64,000 bases of DNA from Auanema rhodensis (lineage: Eukaryota > Animalia > Nematoda): the NCBI GenBank assembly GCA_964057225.1, contig OZ059898.1, positions 21,514,001-21,578,000 of the forward strand, written 5' to 3'. Below are positions 54,091-64,000 of this stretch, in pieces. The notes beneath the pieces are model-generated. The model worked only from the letters and a program-made list of their open reading frames with translations. It searched no databases and was not told the DNA's origin. Within the stretch, counting starts at the first letter, position 1, and every line of letters starts with the position of its first letter. A program made the position numbers and the translations under genes.

Positions 54091-56926
54091 AACCGCTTCT
54101 TCACCATGCTTGCTTTCTTCTCATGTCCCTGTTAAACTATCAGTCCACTGTTACAATGCACGTTCTATTCTCAATAAACTTCATTTCCTCACAATCATTC
54201 ATTCTATCTCATCCCCTGATATCATCGCCATATCGGAATCTTGGCTGTTTTCTGATTTTTCTTCTGATCATCTTCCTCTAAATGATCATTACAACATATT
54301 CAGAGCAGACAAGCATTCTTCACGCGGCGGTGGTACTCTTTTGTTCTTAAAAAAACAAATTAACTCAATTTTACTCTCCTCCTCACCCCTCTCTTCATCG
54401 GTTCAATATGTTACCATCCTTCTAACCTCTAACAACTCGGTTTTCTCCGTTTGTTATCGTTCCCCTACTGCTTCTCACTCTGATTTTTGTTCTTATCTTT
54501 CTGATCTCAATGGTCATATTTCTAACCGCTCTTTCTTTATTACGGGTGACCTGAACTTTCCTAATATCAATTGGGATCTTCTTCAGTCCTCACTCTCATC
54601 TCCTTCTAGTAAATCAATTATTCAATTTCTCCAAAGTAGTCACTCTGATCAACTTGTCAATTTTCCTACACGTGGTAACAACATCTTAGACTACCTTATC
54701 ACAAACAATCCTTCAATCATATCTAATATATCACGCTCCCCTCCATTGGGTAACTCCGATCACTTCTCGGTTACATTCTCCATCATCATCAACACCCCTG
54801 TATCCCCTCTGGATACCCTTCCTTTCTCTTCCAATACATTCTTCAATACCTCCTCACTTTCCAACTTTTCTCAACTCAATTTCTATCGAGCCGACTTCAA
54901 TGCCATCAATCGCCATCTTGTCAGCATCGACTTTTCTTTGGTATTATCTGGTCTTTCCCCTCTTGACTCTTACTCCAAATTCACCAACATCCTACAATCC
55001 ATAATCTCTGTATTCGTTCCTCACAAACAACCTAGGCGTAGAAAAAAAGTTGACCGCAATATTGCGGATCTCTACTGTTACATCAAAAGGCTCAGTTCAT
55101 CTATTTGCCACCGTGACGAGCTTCTCCGCAAAAAACTAACTATAAAACTAGATAGACTTATTAAACAAAAGTCTATTTTGGAAGAAGAACACATTGCTTC
55201 AACCAATAACCCCAAACTTTTTTATCGCTTCTGTAGAACTCGTCTCGGTGGTTGCTCTTCAGATATCCCCACGATTAGACTTGGTGAAGAAATATACTCG
55301 ACAGACACAGAAAAAGCTTCCATTTTTGCAAGCTCTTTTTCTGTCAAACCAAGTATTTCATCGGATTTAATCAACAGCTCCTCTCGCCCTTCCTCTATCA
55401 TTGATTTTATAGACATTTCTCCCGAAAAAGTCTATAAAGTTCTTTCTCATCTTCCTCTCAGAGTTTCTACTTCTTCTGATGGCATTCCCTACTACTTTCT
55501 TAATCAGTGCGCCTCTACTCTTTGCTACCCACTTGCCTTCATTTTTCACAATTTACTCGTTTCTTCTTCATGCCCTCCGGACTGGAAGAAAGCTTGGATC
55601 CGTCCTGTTTTCAAATCCGGAAATCGCTCTAATCCTTCAAACTATCGCCCTATATCATTAACACCAAGTCTTTCCAAAGTTTTTGAGCGACTCATTTCAC
55701 CCCCGCTCCTCCACTTTGGCATTTCTACTGGATCTATATCTGCTCACCAGCACGCTTTTCTTCCTAAACGTAATACCATATCAGCAATCATTAACAATCA
55801 TATTGCCTGGAGATCATGTTTGGATAAAAACATTCCAGTCTATACTGCTTTTATAGACTTCTCTAAAGCTTTTGATCTAATTGATCACTCGGTTCTTTTC
55901 CACAAATTTAAAACCATTGGTATCTGCGGTTCTCTTCAAACTTTTCTCAAAAACTTCATCACTGGCAGATCTTACTCAGTTCTTGTCAATGGTTCTCTTT
56001 CTACTTCTGTAAACTTATCTTGTGGTGTCCCACAAGGCACTGTTCTCGGTCCTCTTCTATTCCTTTTCTACATTAATGACATTACGTCTTCTCTCCCTGA
56101 AGACGTTCATCCTACACTTTTTGCCGATGATCTCAAACTATACAGTACTAATCCGGTAAGTCTACAGATTGCCTTAAACACAATCAACGCCTGGTGCAAA
56201 AATAATGGAATGATGGTCAACACCACCAAATCCAAAATTATGATTGTGTGCAATAATAGCTCAACCCTCAACCCCACCGAGCCATTTACCTTTGGTGAGT
56301 TTCCTTTAGACTTTGTACCTCATTATAAAGACCTTGGAGTCTTAACTGATAACAATCTAACATTTGATTGTCACATAAACGCCATCTCTTGCGCCGCAGC
56401 TCTGAAATGTCGCATCCTTCTACGTTGCTTCTACTCTAGATCACCTTCATTTATGTTCAACCTTTTTTGCAGCTACGTTCGACCAATCCTTGAATATGCA
56501 TCCGTGATATGGTCTCCCCAAGTATCTAAAAAAATATCTCGTATTGAGATGGTTCAAAAAAAATTCTTGCGAGCAGTCTTCTCAAGAGCAGGAATTTTTT
56601 CCGACTACAAAAGTCAGCTCACTTTTTTGAATGCTCAAGAACTATCAACCAGGAGACAGGTAACTGATCTAGGTTTCTATTTCTCTCAAATTAAAGACGT
56701 ATCAACGGACAGTATTTTAAGAATTTTTCAAATTAAACATTTCACCCACTCTCTTCGCAGACACCAATGGAATATCGACTATCCCGAGCTTCGGAAAAAG
56801 GCGACAAGAAATGGTATTGAGTACAGAAGCATCAAAACATGGAACGATCTACCTGAAAACCTTATCAACCTTACTAATGTTCATAATTTTAAAAAACACC
56901 TACTCTCTGCTCCAATTGATTTGTAA
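53843..56926 (+). CDS. LINE ORF2: APE endonuclease + reverse transcriptase
   Basis: Intact 1027-codon frame. APE domain starts near 54137 (LSVHCYNARS). RT motifs YRPISLT, DFSKAFD, GVPQG, FADD, YKDLGV; C-terminal RPILEYAS…WSP…VQKKF typical of the CR1 clade. No RNase H or CCHC motif seen. Confidence 0.95.
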   Translation: MSNVRPILILVLYLAPLLNLVGIVAQLAGQKFFLWRKNLLLAQEEERIHHALLSLLPNFLLDQEADPIQHLYLGPVTTCPFVKTASSPCLLSSHVPVKLSVHCYNARSILNKLHFLTIIHSISSPDIIAISESWLFSDFSSDHLPLNDHYNIFRADKHSSRGGGTLLFLKKQINSILLSSSPLSSSVQYVTILLTSNNSVFSVCYRSPTASHSDFCSYLSDLNGHISNRSFFITGDLNFPNINWDLLQSSLSSPSSKSIIQFLQSSHSDQLVNFPTRGNNILDYLITNNPSIISNISRSPPLGNSDHFSVTFSIIINTPVSPLDTLPFSSNTFFNTSSLSNFSQLNFYRADFNAINRHLVSIDFSLVLSGLSPLDSYSKFTNILQSIISVFVPHKQPRRRKKVDRNIADLYCYIKRLSSSICHRDELLRKKLTIKLDRLIKQKSILEEEHIASTNNPKLFYRFCRTRLGGCSSDIPTIRLGEEIYSTDTEKASIFASSFSVKPSISSDLINSSSRPSSIIDFIDISPEKVYKVLSHLPLRVSTSSDGIPYYFLNQCASTLCYPLAFIFHNLLVSSSCPPDWKKAWIRPVFKSGNRSNPSNYRPISLTPSLSKVFERLISPPLLHFGISTGSISAHQHAFLPKRNTISAIINNHIAWRSCLDKNIPVYTAFIDFSKAFDLIDHSVLFHKFKTIGICGSLQTFLKNFITGRSYSVLVNGSLSTSVNLSCGVPQGTVLGPLLFLFYINDITSSLPEDVHPTLFADDLKLYSTNPVSLQIALNTINAWCKNNGMMVNTTKSKIMIVCNNSSTLNPTEPFTFGEFPLDFVPHYKDLGVLTDNNLTFDCHINAISCAAALKCRILLRCFYSRSPSFMFNLFCSYVRPILEYASVIWSPQVSKKISRIEMVQKKFLRAVFSRAGIFSDYKSQLTFLNAQELSTRRQVTDLGFYFSQIKDVSTDSILRIFQIKHFTHSLRRHQWNIDYPELRKKATRNGIEYRSIKTWNDLPENLINLTNVHNFKKHLLSAPIDL
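54079..54090 (+). promoter_or_regulatory. Candidate +1 ribosomal frameshift site TCC TTT CGT TAA at the ORF1/ORF2 junction
   Basis: Last ORF1 codons are S-F-R-stop; the +1 frame (TTC GTT AAA) is ORF2. Matches the UCC_UUU_CGU / UUU_CGN motif. Confidence 0.55.
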
Positions 56927-57026
56927 ACCATCCATTGTAATTAATGTTCTCACCTCTCGAAAAACTATTTTTTTTTCTTTTATCAGGCTCCTTTTTATTT
57001 GTAGTTCGTATTTTTTTACACTTCTC

Positions 57027-57267
57027 TATGACCACATGGCAACAGTCTACCATCTATTTTTCTTTGTCCCTTCTCAATAATTGTTACTTCGTCACTATTC
57101 CTATAGACATTAGTCATACGGATCGGACGCTAGTTACCTCCAAATTGCTAGAACGGGCTTGCCTCACATCACGAGTACCACCGTACCTAACAACCACATT
57201 AGTGAGGTCAGCCATTGTGCTGAACAAACCCCAAGCATACAGCAAGAATTTTATTTGGCAGACTGTT
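57027..57267 (+). ncRNA. Putative conserved structured RNA element in LINE B 3' UTR (mirror copy 48663-48903)
   Basis: TATGAC/GTCATA, AACAGTCTACCA/TGGCAGACTGTT, TACGG/CCGTA, ACCTC/GAGGT and TCAGC/GCTGA occur in the same order as in element A. Confidence 0.6.
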
Positions 57268-57405
57268 CACTATTGATCATAGATAAGCGAGCTCTTATCG
57301 AACTTACAATATTAAAAGTCCTTTTTTATGTTCTTATTGAATGGTTCTTGATTTTTTCACTCCATGACTTAACAGCTACTGTCTTAACCTGTGATATTGA
57401 ACAAT

Positions 57406-57435
57406 AAACATTAAACGTGTAAACATTAAACGTGT
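57406..57435 (+). repeat. Duplicated 3' junction (AAACATTAAACGTGT) x2
   Basis: 57406-57420 and 57421-57435 are identical and each includes the target hexamer; mirrored at 48495-48524. Confidence 0.92.
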
Positions 57436-60400
57436 ACATTTAATTAGCATAAATTAAAGTTCACTTAAATTTCAAAGTCATGGTTACCATGAACCAATAT
57501 CAATAAAAATTTGTTTTTAGACTAATATGGACATGAGGAATCTAATATTGAAAACCGCATCTCTTTATCTTTCACGTGAAGCGAGTTACATACCAAGTGC
57601 ACATCACGTGTACATTTAATTAGCATAAATTAAAGTTCACGTAAATTTCAAAGTCATGGTTACCATGAACCAATATCAATAAAAATTTGTTTTTAGACTA
57701 ATATGGACATGAGGAATCTAATATTGAAAACCGCATCTCTTTATCTTTCACGTGAAGCGAGTTACATACCAAGTGCACATCACGTGTACATTTAATTAGC
57801 GTAAATTAAAGTTCACGTAAATTTCAAAGTCATGGTTACCATGAACCAATATCGATAAAAATTTGTTTTTAGACTAATATGGACATGTGGAATCTAATTT
57901 TGAAAACCGCATCTCTTTATATTTCACGTGAAGCGAGTTACATACCAAGTGCACATCACGTGTACATTTAATTAGCATAAATTAAAGTCCACGTAAATTT
58001 CAAAGTCATGGTTACCATGCACCAATATCAATAAAAATTTGTTTTTAGACTAATATGGACATGGGGAATCTAATTTTGAAAACCGCATCTCTTTATCTTT
58101 CACGTGAAGCGAGTTACATACCAAGTGCACATCACGTGTACATTTAATTAGCATAAATTAAAGTTCACTTAAATTTCAAAGTCATGGTTACCATGAACCA
58201 ATATCACTAAAAATTTGTTTTTAGACTAATATGGACATGAGGAATCTAATTTTGAAAACCGCATCTCTTTATCTTTCACGTGAAGCGAGTTACATACCAA
58301 GTGCACATCACGTGTACATTTAATTAGCATAAATTAAAGTTCACGTAAATTTCAAAGTCATGGTTACCATGCACCAATATCAATAAAAATTTGTTTTTAG
58401 ACTAATATGGACATGGGGAATCTAATTTTGAAAACCGCATCTCTTTATCTTTCACGTGAAGCGAGTTACATACCAAGTGCACATCACGTGTACATTTAAT
58501 TAGCATAAATTAAAGTTCACGTAAATTTCAAAGTCATGGTTACCATGCACCAATATCAATAAAAATTTGTTTTTAGACTAATATGGACATGGGGAATCTA
58601 ATTTTGAAAACCGCATCTCTTTATCTTTCACGTGAAGCGAGTTACATACCAAGTGCACATCACGTGTACATTTAATTAGCATAAATTAAAGTTCACTTAA
58701 ATTTCAAAGTCATGGTTACCATGAACCAATATCACTAAAAATTTGTTTTTAGACTAATATGGACATGAGGAATCTAATTTTGAAAACCGCATCTCTTTAT
58801 CTTTCACGTGAAGCGAATTACATACCAAGTGCACATCACGTGTACATTTAATTAGCATAAATTAAAGTTCACGTAAATTTCAAAGTCATGGTTACCATGC
58901 ACCAATATCAATAAAAATTTGTTTTTAGACTAATATGGACATGGGGAATTTAATTTTGAAAACCGCATCTCTTTATCTTTCACGTGAAGCGAGTTACATA
59001 CCAAGTGCACATCACGTGTACATTTAATTAGCATAAATTGAAGTTCACGTAAATTTCAAAGTCATGGTTACCATGAACCAATATCAATAAAAATTGGTTT
59101 TTAGACTAATATGGACATGGGGAATCTAATTTTGAAAACCGCATCTCTTTATCTTTCACGTGAAGCGAGTTACATACCAAGTGCACATCACGTGTACATT
59201 TAATTAGCATAAATTAAAGTTCACGTAAATTTCAAAGTCATGGTTACCATGAACCAATATCAATAAAAATTTGTTTTTAGACTAATATGGACATGGGGAA
59301 TCTAATTTTGAAAACCGCATCTCTTTATCTTTCACGTGAAGCGAGTTACATACCAAGTGCACATCACGTGTACATTTAATTAGCATAAATTAAAGTTCAC
59401 GTAAATTTCAAAGTCATGGTTACCATGAACCAATATCAATAAAAATTTGTTTTTAGACTAATATGGACATGGGGAATCTAATTTTGAAAACCGCTTCTCT
59501 TTATCTTTCACGTGAAGCGAGTTACATACCAAGTGCACATCACGTGTACATTTAATTAGCATAAATTAAAGTTCACGTAAATTTCAAAGTCATGGTTACC
59601 ATGAACCAATATCAATAAAAATTTGTTTTTAGACTAATATGGACATGGGGAATCTAATTTTGAAAACCGCATCTCTTTATCTTTCACGTGAAGCGAGTTA
59701 CATACCAAGTGCACATCACGTGTACATTTAATTAGCATAAATTAAAGTTCACGTAAATTTCAAAGTCATGGTTACCATGAACCAATATCACTAAAAATTT
59801 GTTTTTAGACTAATATGGACATGAGGAATCTAATTTTGAAAACCGCATCTCTTTATCTTTCACGTGAAGCGAGTTACATACCAAGTGCACATCACGTGTA
59901 CATTTAATTAGCATAAATTAAAGTTCACGTAAATTTCAAAGTCATGGTTACCATGAACCAATATCAATAAAAATTTGTTTTTAGACTAATATGGACATGG
60001 GGAATCTAATTTTGAAAACGGCATCTCTTTATCTCTCACGTGAAGCGAGTTACATACCAAGTGCACATCACGTGTACATTTAATTAGCATAAATTAAAGT
60101 TCACGTAAATTTCAAAGTCATGGTTACCATGCACCAATATCAATAAAAATTGATTTTTAGACTAATATGGACATGGGGAATCTAATTTTGAAAACCGCTT
60201 CTCTTTATCTTTCACGTGAAGCGAGTTACATACCAAGTGCACATCACGTGTACATTTAATTAGCATAAATTAAAGTTCACTTAAATTTCAAAGTCATGGT
60301 TACCATGAACCAATATCACTAAAAATTTGTTTTTAGACTAATATGGACATGAGGAATCTAATTTTGAAAACCGCATCTCTTTATCTTTCACGTGAAGCGA

Positions 60401-63400
60401 GTTACATACCAAGTGCACATCACGTGTACATTTAATTAGCATAAATTAAAGTTCACGTAAATTTCAAAGTCATGGTTATCATGAACCAATATCAATAAAA
60501 ATTTGTTTTTAGACTAATATGGACTTAGGGAATCTAATTTTGAAAACCGCATCTCTTTATCTTTCACGTGAAGCGAGTTACATACCAAGTGCACATCACG
60601 TGTACATTTAATTAGCATAAATTAAAGTTCACGTAAATTTCAAAGTCATGGTTACCATGCACCAATATCAATAAAAATTTGTTTTTAGACTAATATGGAC
60701 ATGGGGAATCTAATTTTAAAAACCGCATCTCTTTATCTTTCACGTGAAGCGAGTTACATACCAAGTGCACATCACGTGTACATTTAATTAGCATAAATTA
60801 AAGTACACGTAAATTTCAAAGTCATGGTTATCATGCACCAATATCAATAAAAATTTGTTTTTAGACTAATATGGACATGGGGAATCTAATTTTGAAAACC
60901 GCATCTCTTTATCTTTCACGTGAAGCGAGTTACATACCAAGTGCACATCACGTGTACATTTAATTAGCATAAATTAAAGTTCACGTAAATTTCAAAGTCA
61001 TGGTTACCATGCACCAATATCAATAAAAATTTGTTTTTAGACTAATATGGACATGGGGAATCTAATTTTGAAAACCGCATCTCTTTATCTTTCACGTGAA
61101 GCGAGTTACATACCAAGTGCACATCACGTGTACATTTAATTAGCATAAATTAAAGTTCACGTAAATTTCAAAGTCATGGTTACCATGAACCAATATCACT
61201 AAAAATTTGTTTTTAGACTAATATGGACATGAGGAATCTAATTTTGAAAACCGCATCTCTTTATCTTTCACGTGAAGCGAGTTACATACCAAGTGCACAT
61301 CACGTGTACATTTAATTAGCATAAATTAAAGTTCACGTAAATTTCAAAGTCATGGTTACCATGCACCAATATCAATAAAAATTTGTTTTTAGACTAATAT
61401 GGACATGGGGAATCTAATTTTGAAAACCGCATCTCTTTATCTTTCACGTGAAGCGAGTTACATACCAAGTGCACATCACGTATACATTTAATTAGCATAA
61501 ATTAAAGTTCACTTAAATTTCAAAGTCATGGTTACCATGAACCAATATCACTAAAAATTTGTTTTTAGACTAATATGGACATGAGGAATCTAATTTTGAA
61601 AACCGCATCTCTTCATCTTTCACGTGAAGCGGGTTACATACCAAGTGCACATCACGTGTACATTTAATTAGCATAAATTAAAGTTCACTTAAATTTCAAA
61701 GTCATGGTTACCATGAACCAATATCACTAAAAATTTGTTTTTAGACTAATATGGACATGAGGAATCTAATTTTGAAAACCGCATCTCTTTATCTTTCACG
61801 TGAAGCGAGTTACATACCAAGTGCACATCACGTGTACATTTAATTAGCATAAATTAAAGTTCACGTAAATTTCAAAGTCATGGTTACCATGCACCAATAT
61901 CAATAAAAATTTGTTTTTAGACTAATATGGACATGGGGAATCTAATTTTAAAAACCGCATCTCTTTATCTTTCACGTGAAGCGAGTTACATACCAAGTGC
62001 ACATCACGTGTACATTTAATTAGCATAAATTAAAGTTCACGTAAATTTCAAAGTCATGGTTACCATGCACCAATATCAATAAAAATTTGTTTTTAGACTA
62101 ATATGGACATGGGGAATCTAATTTTAAAAACCGCATCTCTTTATCTTTCACGTGAAGCGAGTTACATACCAAGTGCACATCACGTGTACATTTAATTAGC
62201 ATAAATTAAAGTACACGTAAATTTCAAAGTCATGGTTATCATGCACCAATATCAATAAAAATTTGTTTTTAGACTAATATGGACATGTGGAATCTAATTT
62301 TGAAAACCGCATCTCTTTATCTTTCACGTGAAGCGAGTTACATACCAAGTGCACATCACGTGTACATTTAATTAGCATGAATTAAAGTTCACGTAAATTT
62401 CAAAGTCATGGTTACCATGCACCAATATCAATAAAAATTTGTTTTTAGACTAATATGGACATGGGGAATCTAATTTTGAAAACCGCATCTCTTTATCTTT
62501 CACGTGAAGCGAGTTACATACCAAGTGCACATCACGTGTACATTTAATTAGCATAAATTAAAGTTCACGTAAATTTCAAAGTCATGGTTACCATGCACCA
62601 ATATCAATAAAAATTTGTTTTTAGACTAATATGGACATGGGGAATCTAATTTTGAAAACCGCATCTCTTTATCTTTCACGTGAAGCGAGTTACATACCAA
62701 GTGCACATCACGTGTACATTTAATTAGCATAAGTTAAAGTTCACGTAAATTTCAAAGTCATGGTTACCATGAACCAATATCAATAAAAATTTGTTTTTAG
62801 ACTAATATGGACATGGGGAATCTAATTTTGAAAACCGCATCTCTTTATCTCTCACGTGAAGCGAGTTACATACCAAGTGCACATCACGTGTACATTTAAT
62901 TAGCATAAATTAAAGTTCACGTAAATTTCAAAGTCATGGTTACCATGCACCAATATCAATAAAAATTTGTTTTTAGACTAATATGGACATGGGGAATCTA
63001 ATTTTGAAAACCGCATCTCTTTATCTTTCACGTGAAGCGAGTTACATACCAAGTGCACATCACGTGTACATTTAATTAGCATAAGTTAAAGTTCACGTAA
63101 ATTTCAAAGTCATGGTTACCATGAACCAATATCAATAAAAATTTGTTTTTAGACTAATATGGACATGGGGAATCTAATTTTGAAAACCGCATCTCTTTAT
63201 CTCTCACGTGAAGCGAGTTACATACCAAGTGCACATCACGTGTACATTTAATTAGCATAAATTAAAGTTCACGTAAATTTCAAAGTCATGGTTACCATGC
63301 ACCAATATCAATAAAAATTTGTTTTTAGACTAATATGGACATGGGGAATCTAATTTTGAAAACCGCATCTCTTTATCTTTCACGTGAAGCGAGTTACATA

Positions 63401-64000
63401 CCAAGTGCACATCACGTGTACATTTAATTAGCATAAATTAAAGTACACGTAAATTTCAAAGTCATGGTTACCATGCACCAATATCAATAAAAATTTGTTT
63501 TTAGACTAATATGGACATGGGGAATCTAATTTTGAAAACCGCATCTCTTTATCTCTCACGTGAAGCGAGTTACATACCAAGTGCACATCACGTGTACATT
63601 TAATTAGCATAAATTAAAGTTCACGTAAATTTCAAAGTCATGGTTACCATGAACCAATATCAATAAAAATTTGTTTTTAGACTAATATGGACATGGGGAA
63701 TCTAATTTTGAAAACCGCATCTCTTTATCTTTCACGTGAAGCGAGTTACATACCAAGTGCACATCACGTGTACATTTAATTAGCATAAATTAAAGTTCAC
63801 GTAAATTTCAAAGTCATGGTTACCATGAACCAATATCAATAAAAATTTGTTTTTAGACTAATATGGACTTGGGGAATCTAATTTTGAAAACCGCATCTCT
63901 TTATCTCTCACGTGAAGCGAGTTACATACCAAGTGCACATCACGTGTACATTTAATTAGCATAAATTAAAGTTCACGTAAATTTCAAAGTCATGGTTACC
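57430..64000 (+). repeat. 176-bp satellite array, about 37 monomers (continues off the right edge)
   Basis: Same monomer, with regional variants TTCACTT, ATCACTAA, ATCTCTCACG, ATAAGTT. Confidence 0.99.

Larger units (their letters stand above)
52610..57429 (+). mobile_element. Apparently full-length CR1-clade-like LINE, subfamily B (about 4.8 kb)
   Basis: 5' tandem repeats, pyrimidine-rich 5' UTR, open ORF1 and ORF2, about 500-bp 3' UTR, short A/C-rich tail joined to the satellite at ACGTGT. The 5' flank is the inverted copy, so no TSD is visible. Confidence 0.93.

Noticed and set aside
50269-55661. Small antisense or alternative-frame ORFs (60-153 aa) inside ORF1/ORF2
   Set aside because: Shadow ORFs with no recognisable motifs; they appear twice only because of the inverted duplication.
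56927-57400. Satellite-complementary guide sequence in the 3' UTR
   Set aside because: Only 6-7-nt matches (ATTAGTC, AGTCAT, AGTTAC) were found by eye, which is expected by chance in AT-rich DNA.
56811-57407. Short ORFs of 82-110 aa in the 3' UTR and their mirrors at 48523-49119
   Set aside because: Low-complexity, not preserved as ORFs in the subfamily A UTR; the conservation pattern fits RNA structure better.
48501-57429. DNA transposon or DIRS-like element with long terminal inverted repeats
   Set aside because: The arms are LINE coding sequence; no transposase, tyrosine recombinase or RNase H is present.

Overview
Eukaryotic heterochromatin or centromere-like window. About 53 kb is a homogeneous, AT-rich 176-bp tandem satellite with local higher-order repeats. 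It is interrupted by CR1-clade-like non-LTR retrotransposons (APE endonuclease + RT) from two diverged subfamilies: (A) a 5'-truncated 1.8-kb copy at 5446-7261 with an apparent 6-bp TSD, and (B) an apparently full-length, intact copy at about 52610-57429 with an 18-bp tandem-repeat 5' end, ORF1, ORF2 and a long 3' UTR. Both subfamilies join the satellite at the same monomer position (CATC|ACGTGTACATT) and in the same orientation, which suggests a satellite-targeting LINE lineage. An 8.4-kb inverted segment (44169-52609) holds 4.3 kb of minus-strand satellite and a near-identical inverted copy of 4.1 kb of element B, creating a large palindrome with a 711-bp spacer. Further observations: ORF1 ends in UCC UUU CGU UAA, matching the influenza PA-X/amalgavirus-type +1 frameshift motif in the frame needed to enter ORF2, and both subfamilies share an approximately 240-nt 3' UTR region with conserved, partly covarying helices. 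All comparisons were made by eye; the organism cannot be identified from this window, and no host genes were seen.
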